A stretch of DNA of 64,000 bases from Malacoraja senta (taxonomy: Eukaryota): NCBI GenBank assembly GCA_038087875.1, contig JAXLNO010001025.1:62001-126000 (forward strand), read 5' to 3'. The stretch's first letter is position 1. The number at the start of each line of letters is the position of its first letter. Below the pieces are notes generated by a model. It saw only the letters and a list, made by a program, of their open reading frames with translations, searched no databases and was not told the origin of the DNA. The translations under genes and the position numbers were made by a program. Shown here piece by piece: positions 49,401 to 61,519 of this stretch.

Positions 49401-49797
49401 ACAGGTGAGGCAGAGGAAGAATGTTTCAGATATTGGGGAATCCAGGCCAGGAGATGACAGTCTGAGGTGAAGGTGTGTAGGTGTGAGAGGGGGAGAAATG
49501 TCTTCACCCAGACAGTGGTGAACCTGGGCATTCTCTGCCACAGACAGCACTGAAGCCCAATTATTAGATATATGCAAGAATGAGTTGGATCTAGTTCTTA
49601 GGGTAAAGGGATCAAGGAATATGGCAAGAATGCAGGAAGTGAGTACTGAATATGGATGATCACCCGTGCTCATATTGAAGGTCTGTGCAGGATTGAAGGG
49701 CTGAATGGCCTGCTCCTGCAATTATTTTCTATGCTGGATGTGATAAATCTGTCCATTTGCTCAGATCAGACTCGCACCAACCTCTGTCCACACGTAC

Positions 49798-50118
49798 CTG
49801 TCGGCTTCTCCAAGGATCTGCTCTCCGGTGTTGGCAAACTCTTGTCCTCAACCACACAGGTGTACAGAGCCCCACTCTCCCACTCTGCAGCGGGGGCCGT
49901 CAGTCCGCTGGTGATGGTGTCTGCACCTCCGATCCTCTCTGCAACACGGGTTGTCACCCCGTCTTCTCTCTTCATTCCATTCACTTGCCAGGTTACCCTG
50001 AATCCCTCTAAATCACTGTGAACCACCTTACACAGAATGGTGGCTGTCTTGTTGATCCAGATCTCTTCGAAGGAAGGTTTGCTTAAAGTGACCGAGGGGC
50101 GGGTATCTGAACAGTCAT
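49798..50118 (-). CDS. Ig heavy-chain C exon (IgW C5 / IgNAR C4 type)
   Basis: Acceptor tttctcccag|, donor |gtacgt, 321 nt. Encodes DDCSDTRPSVTLSKPSFEEIWINKTATILCKVVHSDLEGFRVTWQVNG...YTCVVEDKSLPTP. Confidence 0.93.
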
Positions 50119-51116
50119 CTGGGAGAAATCACAATTATTATGTCATCGTTCCCTGATGGAGCAGCTTGCCACTGAAGAATTTTGTGTTCATCTCCACCGA
50201 ATGATATGCCGGTCCCATCAACATCAGGGAGATTTATCTACATTGGTGTAGGAATGAAGCTTCCTATTGATCCCACAAGGAAACCTTGCTAAACAATGTG
50301 AATTAACAAGTTGACTTTTACATTATTTGACAGTTTTGTGATCATTGAACCTGTTACCAGCTATTTACTGAATCAAATGTATGAAATTCCCTCTGAGGAG
50401 AGGCAAATCAAGCTAATGTTTGAGGTAAAAATGTTCAGTTCAGTTTAGTTTATTGTCACGTGTACCGAGGTACAGTGAAAAGCTTGTGTTGCGTACTAAC
50501 CAATCAGCGGAAAGTTCTTCACTTTATATTATAAATTAGAAGCAGCGGCATTATTTTATTTAGTCGTGAGTGGTCCGGAGTAGGATGAAGAAAGGTCTCG
50601 ACCCGAAACCTCACCTCCCCATGTCCTCCAGGGATGTTGCCTGACCTGCTGAGTTACTCCAGCACTTTGTGTCCTTTCATTTAGTCACAACTGTTTAAAT
50701 GCAGTTTGTATCCATGAGGTGTAACTAAACTCTCCTGCTGCTTTGTCAGAATGTTGTGTGTTGCAGCCGGCCTGGCCCAGAGGCTGCTACACATTGCCCA
50801 GACTGACTGTTGCCACACTGGGGCAGGGAGAGAGCTGCTCTGCTGGACACTCTGTCACAGTTGAGGCACCCACTCACATTAAGTACAAAGGCAGAGGGAA
50901 AGACCGTTTTGAAGAAGAGTATCGTGGATCTCCACCGTGTCTGGCCTGTCGACTGGCTTGGATTGCCCTCAAGTTACTAAAGTAATGTCAAAGATACAAT
51001 TATTTCTGTGGCCAGACTCACTTACAAGCCCATAACAGGACTGCACCGTGTTACAGTGTTGCCCATGTGTGGTACAGTTTACAATGTGGAGAATGGAGTG
51101 AATCCCAGGAGCCTAC

Positions 51117-51434
51117 CTTGGATGTTCTTCACATCCTTCATGATGATGGTGTTGGAGGCGCGATGATGCACTGTACAATTGAAGCGTGAGCCTGACTTCC
51201 AATCCTCTGTACTCATGGTCAGGAAGTGGCTGGCACTGAAAGTGCCCCCCTGCTCCAGAGCAGTTGGTGCAGCACTGGTGTTGTTGGAGATCTGGGCACC
51301 GTCTTTACTCCAAGTGACGTTGATGAGGTCTGGGTAGAATCCAGAGACCACACACTCGAGGGTGACCTTGTGGCTACGCTTGGTCTCTTCGTGTGTTGGA
51401 AGCAGCAGTCTGACTTCAGGTTTTTTGGGCTCAA
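51117..51434 (-). CDS. Ig heavy-chain C exon (IgW C4 / IgNAR C3 type)
   Basis: Acceptor cctctgttccag|, donor |gtaggc, 318 nt. Encodes VEPKKPEVRLLLPTHEETKRSHKVTLECVVSGFYPDLINVTW...FNCTVHH, with canonical C-W-C. Confidence 0.95.
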
Positions 51435-51469
51435 CTGGAACAGAGGAAAATAAATGTTAAACTCTCTCA

Positions 51470-51925
51470 TAGAGTCATAGAGTGATACAGTGTGGAAACA
51501 GGCCCTTCAGCCCAACTTGCCCACCCTGGCCAACATGTCCCAGTTACATTAGTCTCATCTGCCGTGTTTGGTCCCCATCCCTCCAAACCTGTCCCTGTCT
51601 GGTTTTTTTTAATGTTAGGATAGTCCCTGCCTCAACTACCTGCTCTGGCAGCTTGTTTCATACATCCTCCAACCTTTGCGTGAAAAAGTTACCCCTCAGA
51701 TTCCTATTAAATCTTTCCCCCTTCACCTTAAACCTATGTCCTCTGGTACTCAATTCACGTACTCTGTGCAAGAGACTCTGTGCATCTATCCAATCTATTC
51801 CTCTCATGATTTTATACACCTCAATAAGATATTCCCTCATCCTCCTACGCTCCAAGGAATAGAGTCCCAGCCCACTCCACCTCTCCCTATAGCTCTCTAG
51901 CCCTGGCAACATCCTTGTAAATCCC
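51470..51925 (-). mobile_element. CR1 3' fragment
   Basis: LPGLESYRER...LERRRMR...LRGNFFTQR. Confidence 0.82.
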
Positions 51926-52448
51926 CTCTGTACCCTCTCTCTCTCTCTGTCACGGCCATTTAATAGTAAGATTAAACGAGAACTTACCAGTTCGAAGTTT
52001 GATCATTATTTTATGAGGAGTACGTTGAGGGAATACGTGAAGAACCCCGCCAGGACGCATGCGTGTCATTCTTCAAAGCAGCGGTGTGAAATCACAGATA
52101 ACTGTAATGACTGAACATAGTAAGATTAGAAAAGATGATACCAGTTGAGTATATGATCAAGGGTGGGAGCGGAGGGCACGTATTCCCTCAACGTACTCCT
52201 CATAAAATAATGATCAAACTTCGAACTGGTAAGTTCTCGTTTAATCTTACTATTTTACTTCGGAGTCACGTGAGTGACTACGTGAAGATTTCAAAGCTCT
52301 GTGATTTCATGCCGTGGAAACGAGTCCATGCATCACATCTGCCTTAATGACCATGGGAGGAATTGTGTTAACATGTTTAGACATGAATATGACATTGAAA
52401 TCCATGATCCATTAACACCAAATTATAGCCCCTATTTATGGGGTGAAA

Positions 52449-53379
52449 TTATATTACAGAACTTAAAATTGTTTCTGCAAACGTTCCAGATTTAATTACT
52501 GGTTTATGATAAAATAGTTGGAAAGGTTTGTCCGTTGGCCATCCTGCTGTCTTGAGGATTTGGTCCATCGGAACATCCAACTGCATAGCTGCCGATGTAG
52601 CTGCAGCCCTGGTGGAATGAGATTTGAAAATGTTAGTATCCACCCCAGCCTTTAATAGAACCTGTTTCAGCCATCTTGAGATGGTCTGGACCGTCACTTT
52701 TTTGTGAGGTTGCTTGTGGCTGATTAATAGTGCCATCTCTTGCCTCTGATGATTTTCGTGTTCTCCATATATAGCAGTAAATGTCTTACTATACAGAGAC
52801 GATCATCTGTCGGGTAAGCCCTAAATTCTATATTGAGGCCTGCTGACCCCTGTCTGTTCTGCTTGACTAATTCATAAATATGACACGTTATATTTACAGA
52901 TGAAGAAGTCATGTTGTCCAGTCTTAACTTATGTAATGACTGTACCCTTTGTGCCGTGACCAATGCCATCAGCATGACTGTTTTCAGTGTCAGTCTTTGT
53001 AGGGACAGAGTTTTGCTGGAGACCAATTCCTTAGCATCATCAGGACAATACTCACATCCCATATTTGGGAGTACCTGGTTCTTGGGGGATTGATATTAAA
53101 AATTCCCCTCATAAGTTTTGTTACCAGGGGGTGAGTTCCAACAGAATGACGCTCTGTTCCTTGGTATAGATATGTTGACAGGGCACTTCTGGCGCAGTTG
53201 ATGGCACTATAACTGAGCCCCTCATCGTAATGGAGGCCTGCCAGGAATTCCAGAACAGACAGGATGTTCATGGATGTGTAGGTGATGTTGTTTCTGTGAC
53301 AGTACATCTCCCATTTCCTGATGTATACCAGGTACTGTTTTTTGGTGGACTGTCTGTGGGCCGCTGAAATAATGTTCAC
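52449..53379 (-). pseudogene. DIRS tyrosine recombinase remnants
   Basis: SAM-like N-terminus (TKKQY..Y..KW...SAINCARSALS), LVTAQRVQSL, and FKSHSTRAAATS...AGW...FYHKP. Confidence 0.9.
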
Positions 53380-53417
53380 TGTTCGGTCCGTCAGTCCCAG
53401 TTGCAGTAGAGGTACTT

Positions 53418-55569
53418 TTAGACTCTACAAATTAATAAGTTCATATGGTTATGACATGGGTGGCTTTCCCTTGTTACGGGATGAACCAGTAAATCTGGTC
53501 TATGCCAGATGGTGATGCATGGTTCTAATACCATGTCGAATATCACAGGGAACCATGGTTGAGCAGGCCAATCGGGTACTACCAAAATACCAGACGCAGA
53601 GTCTTGCTGTATTTTCCTTAATACCCGACTGATGAGGCAGAAAGGAGGGAATGCATAAATAAACAATTTCCCCCCAATGCAGCGAAAATGCATCTGTCGC
53701 CGCTGCCCCAGGATCTGGTTCCCATGAAACATAGTTTGATAACTGGTGATTAAGCCTGGATGCGAATAGATCGATATCTGGTGTTCCATACCATGCTGTA
53801 ATATCAGCAAATACTTTTTTATCCAACATCCATTCGGTATTTTCATTAAATTTGCGTGACCTGGTGTCTGCCACTGAATTTAGTTTACTTGGTAGGTAAG
53901 TGGCTGATACCCAAATATTTTTCTGGATACACCATTGCCAAATTGTGTTGGCCAGCTTGTCACATGATATCGATTTGTTTCCACCAATGTGGTTGATATA
54001 TGCTACCACCGTGGTATTGTCAATCTGTAGTCTAACATGCTGGTGACATAACCCAGAACAATATGACTTTAGGCCCTACAGCTGGAGATGGAATTGGTAG
54101 CACCCCAACCAAGTGCACTGGCATCCGTTTGTAGCACCATAGAAGGGTTGCTGATAACGATTGGATTGGAACAATGCTGACTGTTATCTGTCCACCATTT
54201 TAGTTCCATTATGGCTTCGATTGGTAGCTTCATTGGTCTGTCAAAATGACCAGCATTAACTTTGAGTGCTCGTATTTTTGCCCTCTGTAAATTTTGATAA
54301 TGTAAAGGTCCAAATTGTGTGGCTGGAAAGGCAGCCACTATTTTGCCAATTATTCTTGCTACCAATCTGATGGATGGTTTACTGATGAGGGTATTGCAAG
54401 TCTCTATTAAGACTATAGCCTTTTCCTTAGGCAAAGTCACCAACATGTGAACTGAGTTAATGGTGAACCCCAAATAATCCATTGTGGTGGAAGGGTTTAA
54501 TTTAGATTTAACTGGATGGATGATAAACCCATTTTTTAAATAATTGTTTTGTGGCTGTTACCGTTTCTTTGGCCAATTCCAAAGTTTTGCCCACAATGAG
54601 GATGTCATCTAGTTATGCCATCACCATGTGTTTTTGTTTCCGCAGAAACGATAGAGCTGGTTTCAAAATTTTAGTGAACAGCCTAGGGGCTGAGGTTAGC
54701 CCATTTGGTAGTGCTCTGTACTGCCAGAGCTGTCCCATCCAGTTGAATTTTAAATAACATCTGTGGTCACCTCGTATAGGGACTGAATAGTAAGCATCTT
54801 TTAAATCGATGCTAGCAATGAAGTAACCTTTGGAAATCAATTGTTTAGCAGTAACAAAGGTTTCCATTGTGAAATGAATATATTGTACAAAAGTATTCAA
54901 ATTTGTCAAATCTTTGATGATGCGACACCATCTTTTTTGTTTTTTGGTAAAGATATTGGACACAAATTCCAGCGATTCGTGTTGGGTTTTTTCAATTAGT
55001 CGTTTTGCGTAAAGCCGCTCCAGTTCAGCATGTGCTTCTGATTTTTCTTTACCTGAAAGTACGAACATTCGGTTCGGTACATGCTGAACTGGAGGGCTGT
55101 GTTTGTGTATAAATTCTATGGTATATCCCTGGATACTGCTTAAAATATAAGTGTCTGTAGTTAACATACTCCATGCATCCAGAAAGAAGTGTAATCTCCC
55201 ACCAACCTCCATACTCCCTGCAATTCGTAAGGAACCAGACCCACCTACCTCCATAGTTACCAGTGGCTGGTTTACTTCCTTTTGTGAATCCTTCGTGGAG
55301 GTTGAGACGCCGGCGTCTGGATTTGTGGTTGGTTTGGCGTTGGGGGTTTGCGCATCTTCCACGAAGGCCGGTCTGGGCCATGGCCTAAAAAGACCCATGT
55401 GCAGTGTACCTGGCCTTTGAGCTTTCACCAGTTTGTCTTGTTCTACTGGTGGGTGCATAAGGGTGCTGTTTATGACCATAGTAGGGTTTTGATGATGTCG
55501 CTTTGATGAGCCCCAGGGTTTTTGCCTCCTCATCGAGCTCTTTGACTTGTTTGGATAGGTTACCTCCAA
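53418..55569 (-). pseudogene. DIRS RT / RNase H / adenine-methyltransferase ORF remnants
   Basis: SIDLKDAYYSVPI...YRALPNGLTSAPRLFTKILKP; YLG; LQTDASALGWGA; TVVAYINHIGG...ADTRSR; YAFPPF...VVPDWPAQPWF. Confidence 0.92.
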
Positions 55570-56736
55570 ATAGTAAAATTGGTGGTTTTATGTTGCCAGG
55601 TTTGCACAGACCTGCAAATTTCGGGTTTAAAGCAGGTCGAATGGCACTCTTCCTGATGACGTTAATTTCGTATTGTGTATTACAGAGCAGTGCCAGTGCA
55701 TCCTGTTGATCCTGCGACATCTCCTTTTCATCTACTGTCCGGGCGAAAGCTGTTATTCCCGTTGTTAGGAGCTTTAGTACTTTTTGGAGTTTGACATCCA
55801 TGCCTCTAACTCCTGCTCCGACGTGTTTCCATATGCAATTATTTACAATGGGAACATTCAGGGATGTACAGTTCCCAGGTGGCAAATGTCTTGCCGTGGT
55901 GTCCACTACAGCCTGTTCCTGTAGCTGCTTAAATGACATATAGTCAATACTGGCAGCTAGTTTCGGTTCCAGGTTTCAGCCAGTTTGGTCTGGCTGTACA
56001 AATTGGGACACCATGTCCAGTAGATTTTGGTCTTCCTGCACCCCTCGCACACTTGATGTTTGTTCTGGAAACCCCTCTTCAGGGTCAGCTCAGAATTGAC
56101 CCCCAGTACTCCCCTCTGACGAGGGAGATGCACTGTGCAGACCTACAAGAGGTGCTGCTGTGGGTGTATTAAATTCCCACAGTGACTAGACTCCATCTCC
56201 CGGAGCCTGTCACGTTGGAGCATTTGCTCCATAAGCCGCTCCATCCGGCTCCAGCGTTCACGGTCGCTGGCTGCTCGCGGCTGCTCAAAGTCGGACTCAT
56301 CCGAGTCAACGACTCTATTAGACTTTTGTATTGCCTTACCGCCCGGCCGCGGTGTAGATCTGGCCGGTGCGGGGCCGAAGTCGGGCACAGCTGTTCCCAT
56401 TACGGGTGATTCCCGTGCCGCTGGCCGCTGGCCGCTGCTGGCTGCCCGCAACTCCGCGGTCCTCCCTCGCCAGCTTTGGAGCAGCCTTCTTGGTTTTCCT
56501 CGTTTTGTCCATTGGAGTCTACACCTGTAAAACAGTATGTAGAACAAAAAAAGAACGCAGAGTATCACGTACCTGCAGTTCCCGGCTTTTGAATTTTGCC
56601 GCTGAGGGGGAACGTCGTTCCACCCGTGTGACTGTTTCGCAATGCGTGTAGCGATATGACACGCATGCGTCCTGGCGGGGTTCTTCACGTAGTCACTCAC
56701 GTGACTCCGAAGTAAAATCACTGATCTGTTGCCCAC

Positions 56737-56835
56737 CTTTGTTATGGTTGGTCCGCGCTGACACTGGTGAGGATGATGAAGATTGTTGGGCGAAGCACAC
56801 AAACTCCACCCCGCTGGTCCACTCCTCCACGCTGG
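56737..56835 (-). pseudogene. 3' third of an Ig C exon (IgW C3 / IgNAR C2 type), truncated on its 5' side
   Basis: Translates as SVEEWTSGVEFVCFAQQSSSSSPVSARTNHNK-G|gtgggc, paralogous to the end of exons 41306-41608 and 39213-39515. Homology stops abruptly at 56835. Confidence 0.88.
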
Positions 56836-57571
56836 GTTATAAAGTGGAAGGCAGAAGAATCATTGTGAACGCCAGTGTATGGAGCAGGAGAGAGAAAGAG
56901 AGAGACAAGGAGGTAGATGGAATGAAGGAGTGTAAAGGCAGTGTGAGTGGGCTGGGTGTGGTATGTAGTATTAACACTGGTCTGTATTGTTGGCCTCTCT
57001 GTATTGTGGTTCAGTAGGGATACACTGGCACAATGTTCCAGTGAATGATGTCATTCAGAAGTTGGGTCTGTGATCTGGAGACCGTGTCCCCACCACACCA
57101 CAGCAGTGAGGAGTTTAAAGTCAGTTCATTAAATCTGTGCAATTAAAGGCCTGTGTCTGTAGTTGTGACAATGGGAAAGATATTGTTTATGAAGGAACTG
57201 CAGATTCTGGAAAAACCGAAGGTAGACAAAAATGCTGGAGAAACTCATCGGGTGAGGCAGCGTCTATGGAGCGAAGGAATAGGTGACCTTTTGGGTCGAG
57301 ACCCTTCTTCAGACTGATGTAGGGTGGGCGGGTGTGGATGGGGCGGGAAGAAGAAGAAAGGAAGAGGCGGAGATAGTGGGCTGTGGGAGAGCTGGGAAGG
57401 GGAGTGGAAAGAGGGAGAAAGCAAGGAATACCTGAAATTGGAGAAATCAATGTTCATACCGCTATTTCAGGTAGTCCTTGCTTTCTCACTCTTTCCCCTC
57501 CTCTTCCCAGCTCTCCCACAGCCCACTGTCTCCGTCTCTTCCTTTCTTCTTACCCCCACCCACACATCAGT

Positions 57572-57599
57572 CTGAGGAAGGGTCTCGACCCGAAACGTC
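57572..57599 (+). ncRNA. Minimal hammerhead-ribozyme-like core in a Penelope pLTR (best-conserved of roughly 20 copies)
   Basis: CTGAGGA-A-GGGT(CTCG)ACCC-GAA-ACGT-C: catalytic boxes, 4-bp stem II, palindromic ACGT stem III and a GUC site. Stem I is weak. Confidence 0.5.
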
Positions 57600-60500
57600 A
57601 CCTATTCCTTCGCTCCATAGATGCTGACTCACCCACTGAGTTTCTCCAGCATTTCTGTCTGCCATTGGTGTCTAAACCCATGACTGTAAGCTTCAGGGAA
57701 GAGCATCTGGTGACTTTACCTGGTCTCGTTATGTGACTCCAGGCCCCCAGTCATGTAGCCGACCCTTATCAGCTCTGAAATGGCCCAGGGAAACATCCAG
57801 TTCAAAGGCGGTTGTGGACAGGAAACAAATGTTAGTTCACTTCCCTTGCACCTCCTCCAACCTCATCAACCTCAAGGTGTGGACTCTTACACATCTGCGA
57901 GACCAAACGTAGACTGGGCGATAGTTTCGCTGAAAACCTTCGCTCAGTCTGCCTGGACCAACCTGAACTCCCGGTTGCCAAACACTTTAATTCCCCGCCC
58001 CATTCCCACATTGACCTTTCTGTCCTGGGCCTCCTCCACTGTCAGAGTGAGATGAAACACAAATTGGAGGAACAGCGTCTCATATTTCACTTGCACAGCT
58101 TACAACCCAGCAGTATGAATATTGATTTCATGAATTGTTTCCATGTACCAGCTACACTAGTCCCAACTGCCTGTGTTTGGCCCACATCCTTCCAACCATG
58201 TACTATCAATGTACCTGTCCAACTGTTTCTTAAATATTGGGATAGTCCCAGCCACAACTACCTCCTCCCGCAGCTCATTCCATACACCCACCACCCTCTG
58301 TGTGGAAAAGTTACCCCTCAGATTCCAATTCAATCTTTTCCCCGTCACCTTGAACCTATGTCCTCTGGTCCTCGATTCCCCTACTCTGGGCAAAGGACTT
58401 TGTGCATCTACCCGATCTATTCCTCTCATGATTTAGTACACCTCTATAAGGTCACCCCTCATCTTCCTGCGCTCCAAGGATTAGAGTCCCAGCATACTCA
58501 ACCTTTCCCTATAGCCGACCCTGAAATCCTGGCAACATCCTCATGAATCTTCTCCGTACCCTTTCCAGCTTGTTGACATCTTCCCAATAACATGGTGCCC
58601 AGAACTGAACACAATACTCTAAATGTGGTCCCATCAATGACTTATATAATAGACAATAGACAATAGGTGCAGGAGTAGGCCATACGGCCCTTCGAGTCAG
58701 CACCGCCATTCAATGTGATCATGGCTGATCATCCACAATCAGGAGCCCATTCCAGCCTCCTCCCCATATCCCATGACTCCGCTATCTTTAAGAGCCCTAT
58801 CTAGCTCTCTCTTGAAAGTATCCAGAGAACCTGCCTCCACCGCCCTCTGAGGCAGAGAATTCGCACAAGACCTCTCAACTTCTATACTCAATACTCAGAC
58901 TGATGAAACCCAATGTGTCAAAAGTCTTTTTGACCACCCTATCTACCTGTGACTCCACCTTCAAGGAACCATGCACCTGTACTCCTAGATCCCTCTGCTC
59001 TACAACACTCCCCGGAGGCCTACCATTGTCTGGTCATGTCCCCAATGTCTTTTCCCCGAGGTGTGTTCCTCCAATACCGGCCCCGTGGGATTTCCTGCAA
59101 TGTCTGGCCCTCGGACTTACGCCTTTTGGATCAGGTGCTGGTGTTGACTCTTCAGTATCTGTTGTATCCTATTCTGAACCTGTCCATGTACTCCTCTCCT
59201 GATGCGTTTTAGCCCAATATCTGATGTATTTGGTGCACTCATAGAGTCATAGATTAATACAGTGTGGAAACAGGCCCTTCAGCCCAACATGCCCACACCG
59301 GCCATCAATGTCCCAGCTACCCTAGTCCCACTTGCCTGCACTTGGTCCATATCCCTCCAAACCTGTCATCTTGGGGAACGGCTGCTAACCAGCAGCCGTC
59401 CGTTAATTTCACTTTTTGCTTTAGTTTTTAGTGAACTATGTCTGTCTTTCCTGGGAAATTTGACTTTTCTTGTGGGGGGGCAATGGGGGAAACTATTTTT
59501 TGGTCCCTACCTGGTCGGTGAGGCGGCTTTTTCTCCGGGCTGCCCCGTCGACCCGTCCTTGCGGCCTACCAGCGATCCTGGAGCGGCGTTTCCTGGCGGG
59601 GACCGCCTCGCACCTTCAGCTTTGGTGGCGGCACAGCGCTGGAGCGCTATTGCGGAGCGGAGCGGGCGATGCCTTGCCTGGGTCGCCGCGCTGGATCGAT
59701 GCGCTGGAGTTCCAGTGAGCTGCGACCGCCGAGCTCAACACCTCCGGGCTGCGGGACTTGCGGAGCGACCAGCCGTGGGCGGCGGCGCCGAATCCAACAT
59801 CGGGAGCCTCTGAGCTCCAAACCGGCGCGGCCTTGTTGGCTTCAGGTGCCACGGACTCCAATAGGACATTAGCTGTTCCAGCCACTGCGAGGACTCTCCC
59901 GACACCGGGGCAACTGCACCCGGCGAGAACGGCCAGGAACATCAGGCCTCCGTAGAGGCAACTGTGGAGGCCTCAATATGCCGTCTTTGGGAGAACTGGG
60001 GTTGGGGACTGGACATTGTGCCTTCCCCCACAGTGGTAATCATTGTGGGGGATGATTTTTGTGTGTGTGTAAATGTTAATTGATTGTTTTACTTTATGTC
60101 CAAGATGGCTGCCGGAAGGGGGAGTGGACGCTGGCGCGTATTAGCAACCGCTGCTCTCTCTTCCATACTGTGTTTTTGATTTTTGTGTTCGGATTGAATT
60201 CTGTTTTTATTTGTGTACTTGTGATGTCTTTACTATTTATTTTTTTCTGCTTACATGTTTCTACTGTAAAATCTGTAAGGTGTCCCTGAGATTTGAAAGG
60301 CGCCCATAAATAAAATGTATTATTATTATTATTATTACCTGTCCAACTGTTTCTTAAACGATGGACTACCTCCTCTGGCAGCTTGTTCAATACACCCACC
60401 ACCCTCTGTGTGAAAAATGTACCCCTCGGATTTCTTTTAAATCTTTTCCCCTTCACCTTGAACCTATGTCCACTGGTCCTCGATTCCCCTACTCTGGGTA

Positions 60501-60743
60501 AAAGACTCTGTGCATCTACCCGATCTATTCCTCTTATGATTTTGTACACCTCTATAAGATCACCTCTCATCCTCCTATGCTCCATAGAATAGAGACCCAG
60601 CCTACTCAACCTCTCCCTGTAGCTCACACCCTCCAGTCCTGGCAACATCCTCGTAAAAACCCAGGCAACATCCTCAGCTGAAGTCCCTAAAGTGATGAGT
60701 AGTGATGATTAACTCCAAACTTTTCATGTTCTTGTTATTTTCT

Positions 60744-61342
60744 TTTATTTATGTATCTAATTTCAAATGAAAACATGCAGTTCAGCAGAAAAATTAAGAA
60801 CAAGCTGCAGACAATGAATTAAACAACATCTGCTTTACAAAATCTGATTGAGCAAGTCCTCAAGCATCGGCCCCCCCTCCACCACATTGCTTCCTGTTCC
60901 TTCTCCCCTCCCCATGTCCCCTTCTTGCTTCACAATATCAGCGCATCCCTCCCCCTCCCACACTCCCCTCTCCTTCACTCATCACATTCCCATCCCCTGC
61001 TCTCCTTTCCCAAACATTAATCCTGCCTTCCTCTCCCACTCCTGAATGCCACCCACTCCAGTGTCTCATACCCTGACATTTTCCCGCTGTCATGTCCTAT
61101 CCTGTCATTCCCTCCCCCCCCCTCCACTCCCCCCACCCCCCTCAGTCCCAACCGGTTTCTTCCCCAGCATCCCCAGTGCATTTCCAAGTTTATCTCCTGA
61201 AATGAGCGTTTGCAGTGCAGTAGCCTCGGATTGCCGAGTGAGTGAGTGAAAGACAGGGAGACTCCATTTGCCAACGTCAGCAGCTGCATGGCGATCTCTT
61301 GAGTGAATGTGGCGTGTGTGTCGGCTGGTCATTGCTGCACCT
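60744..61342 (-). pseudogene. Third copy of TM2 (61329-61340) plus 3'UTR and polyA signal (60744-60749); may be the true 3' end of an Ig cluster beyond the window
   Basis: High identity to 29012-29613. Its upstream intron runs off the window end. Confidence 0.65.
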
Positions 61343-61519
61343 GTAATATACACAGGAAAGTCAGACATTGTGTGTGGCAAGGTGCAGCACAGATGGTGAT
61401 CTGTGGGGACAGGCAAACTAAATAACAGAGTTCACTGCACCACCTGCTGCAGTGAACTCTGGGCTGGGGTGAGGGGTCAGTGGTCACAGTGTGAGGTCGG
61501 AGGTCAGAGGGTGGGAGTC

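Larger units (their letters stand above)
51962..56718 (-). mobile_element. DIRS1-type tyrosine-recombinase retrotransposon, structurally complete but frameshifted
   Basis: Order gag, RT, RNase H, methyltransferase, YR. Left ITR about 56655-56718, right ITR plus extension 51962-52070. The internal complementary region 52177-52290 is complementary to both termini. ATT occurs at both ends. Confidence 0.95.
29600..56835 (-). other. IgW: Immunoglobulin heavy-chain constant region, IgW/IgX-long-like (IgNAR C2-C5 homologous domains); 5' part (V-D-J, first C exons) absent from the window
   Basis: Seven complete C1-set Ig exons plus one partial exon, all phase 1/1 with AG/GT borders, a secretory tailpiece and a CART-type TM exon, colinear on the minus strand. 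The domains match recalled shark IgNAR C2-C5 / IgW C3-C6. The Cys-containing tailpiece (SFKSCV) favours IgW. No V or RSS is present to confirm the isotype. Confidence 0.8.
56836..61447 (+). repeat. Segmental duplication block Z, copy 3 (copy 1 about 13975-18887, copy 2 about 20094-29700)
   Basis: Colinear order of unique and TE sequence in three places, e.g. gttataaagtggaag at 20094 and 56836, and shared ORF-track peptides. Confidence 0.92.

Noticed and set aside
50555-50985. Possible interspersed secretory exon after the upstream C4-type exon (acceptor giving VT-stop, AATAAA near 50555)
   Set aside because: Only a weak motif coincidence, with no tailpiece-like peptide; it cannot be supported without transcripts.
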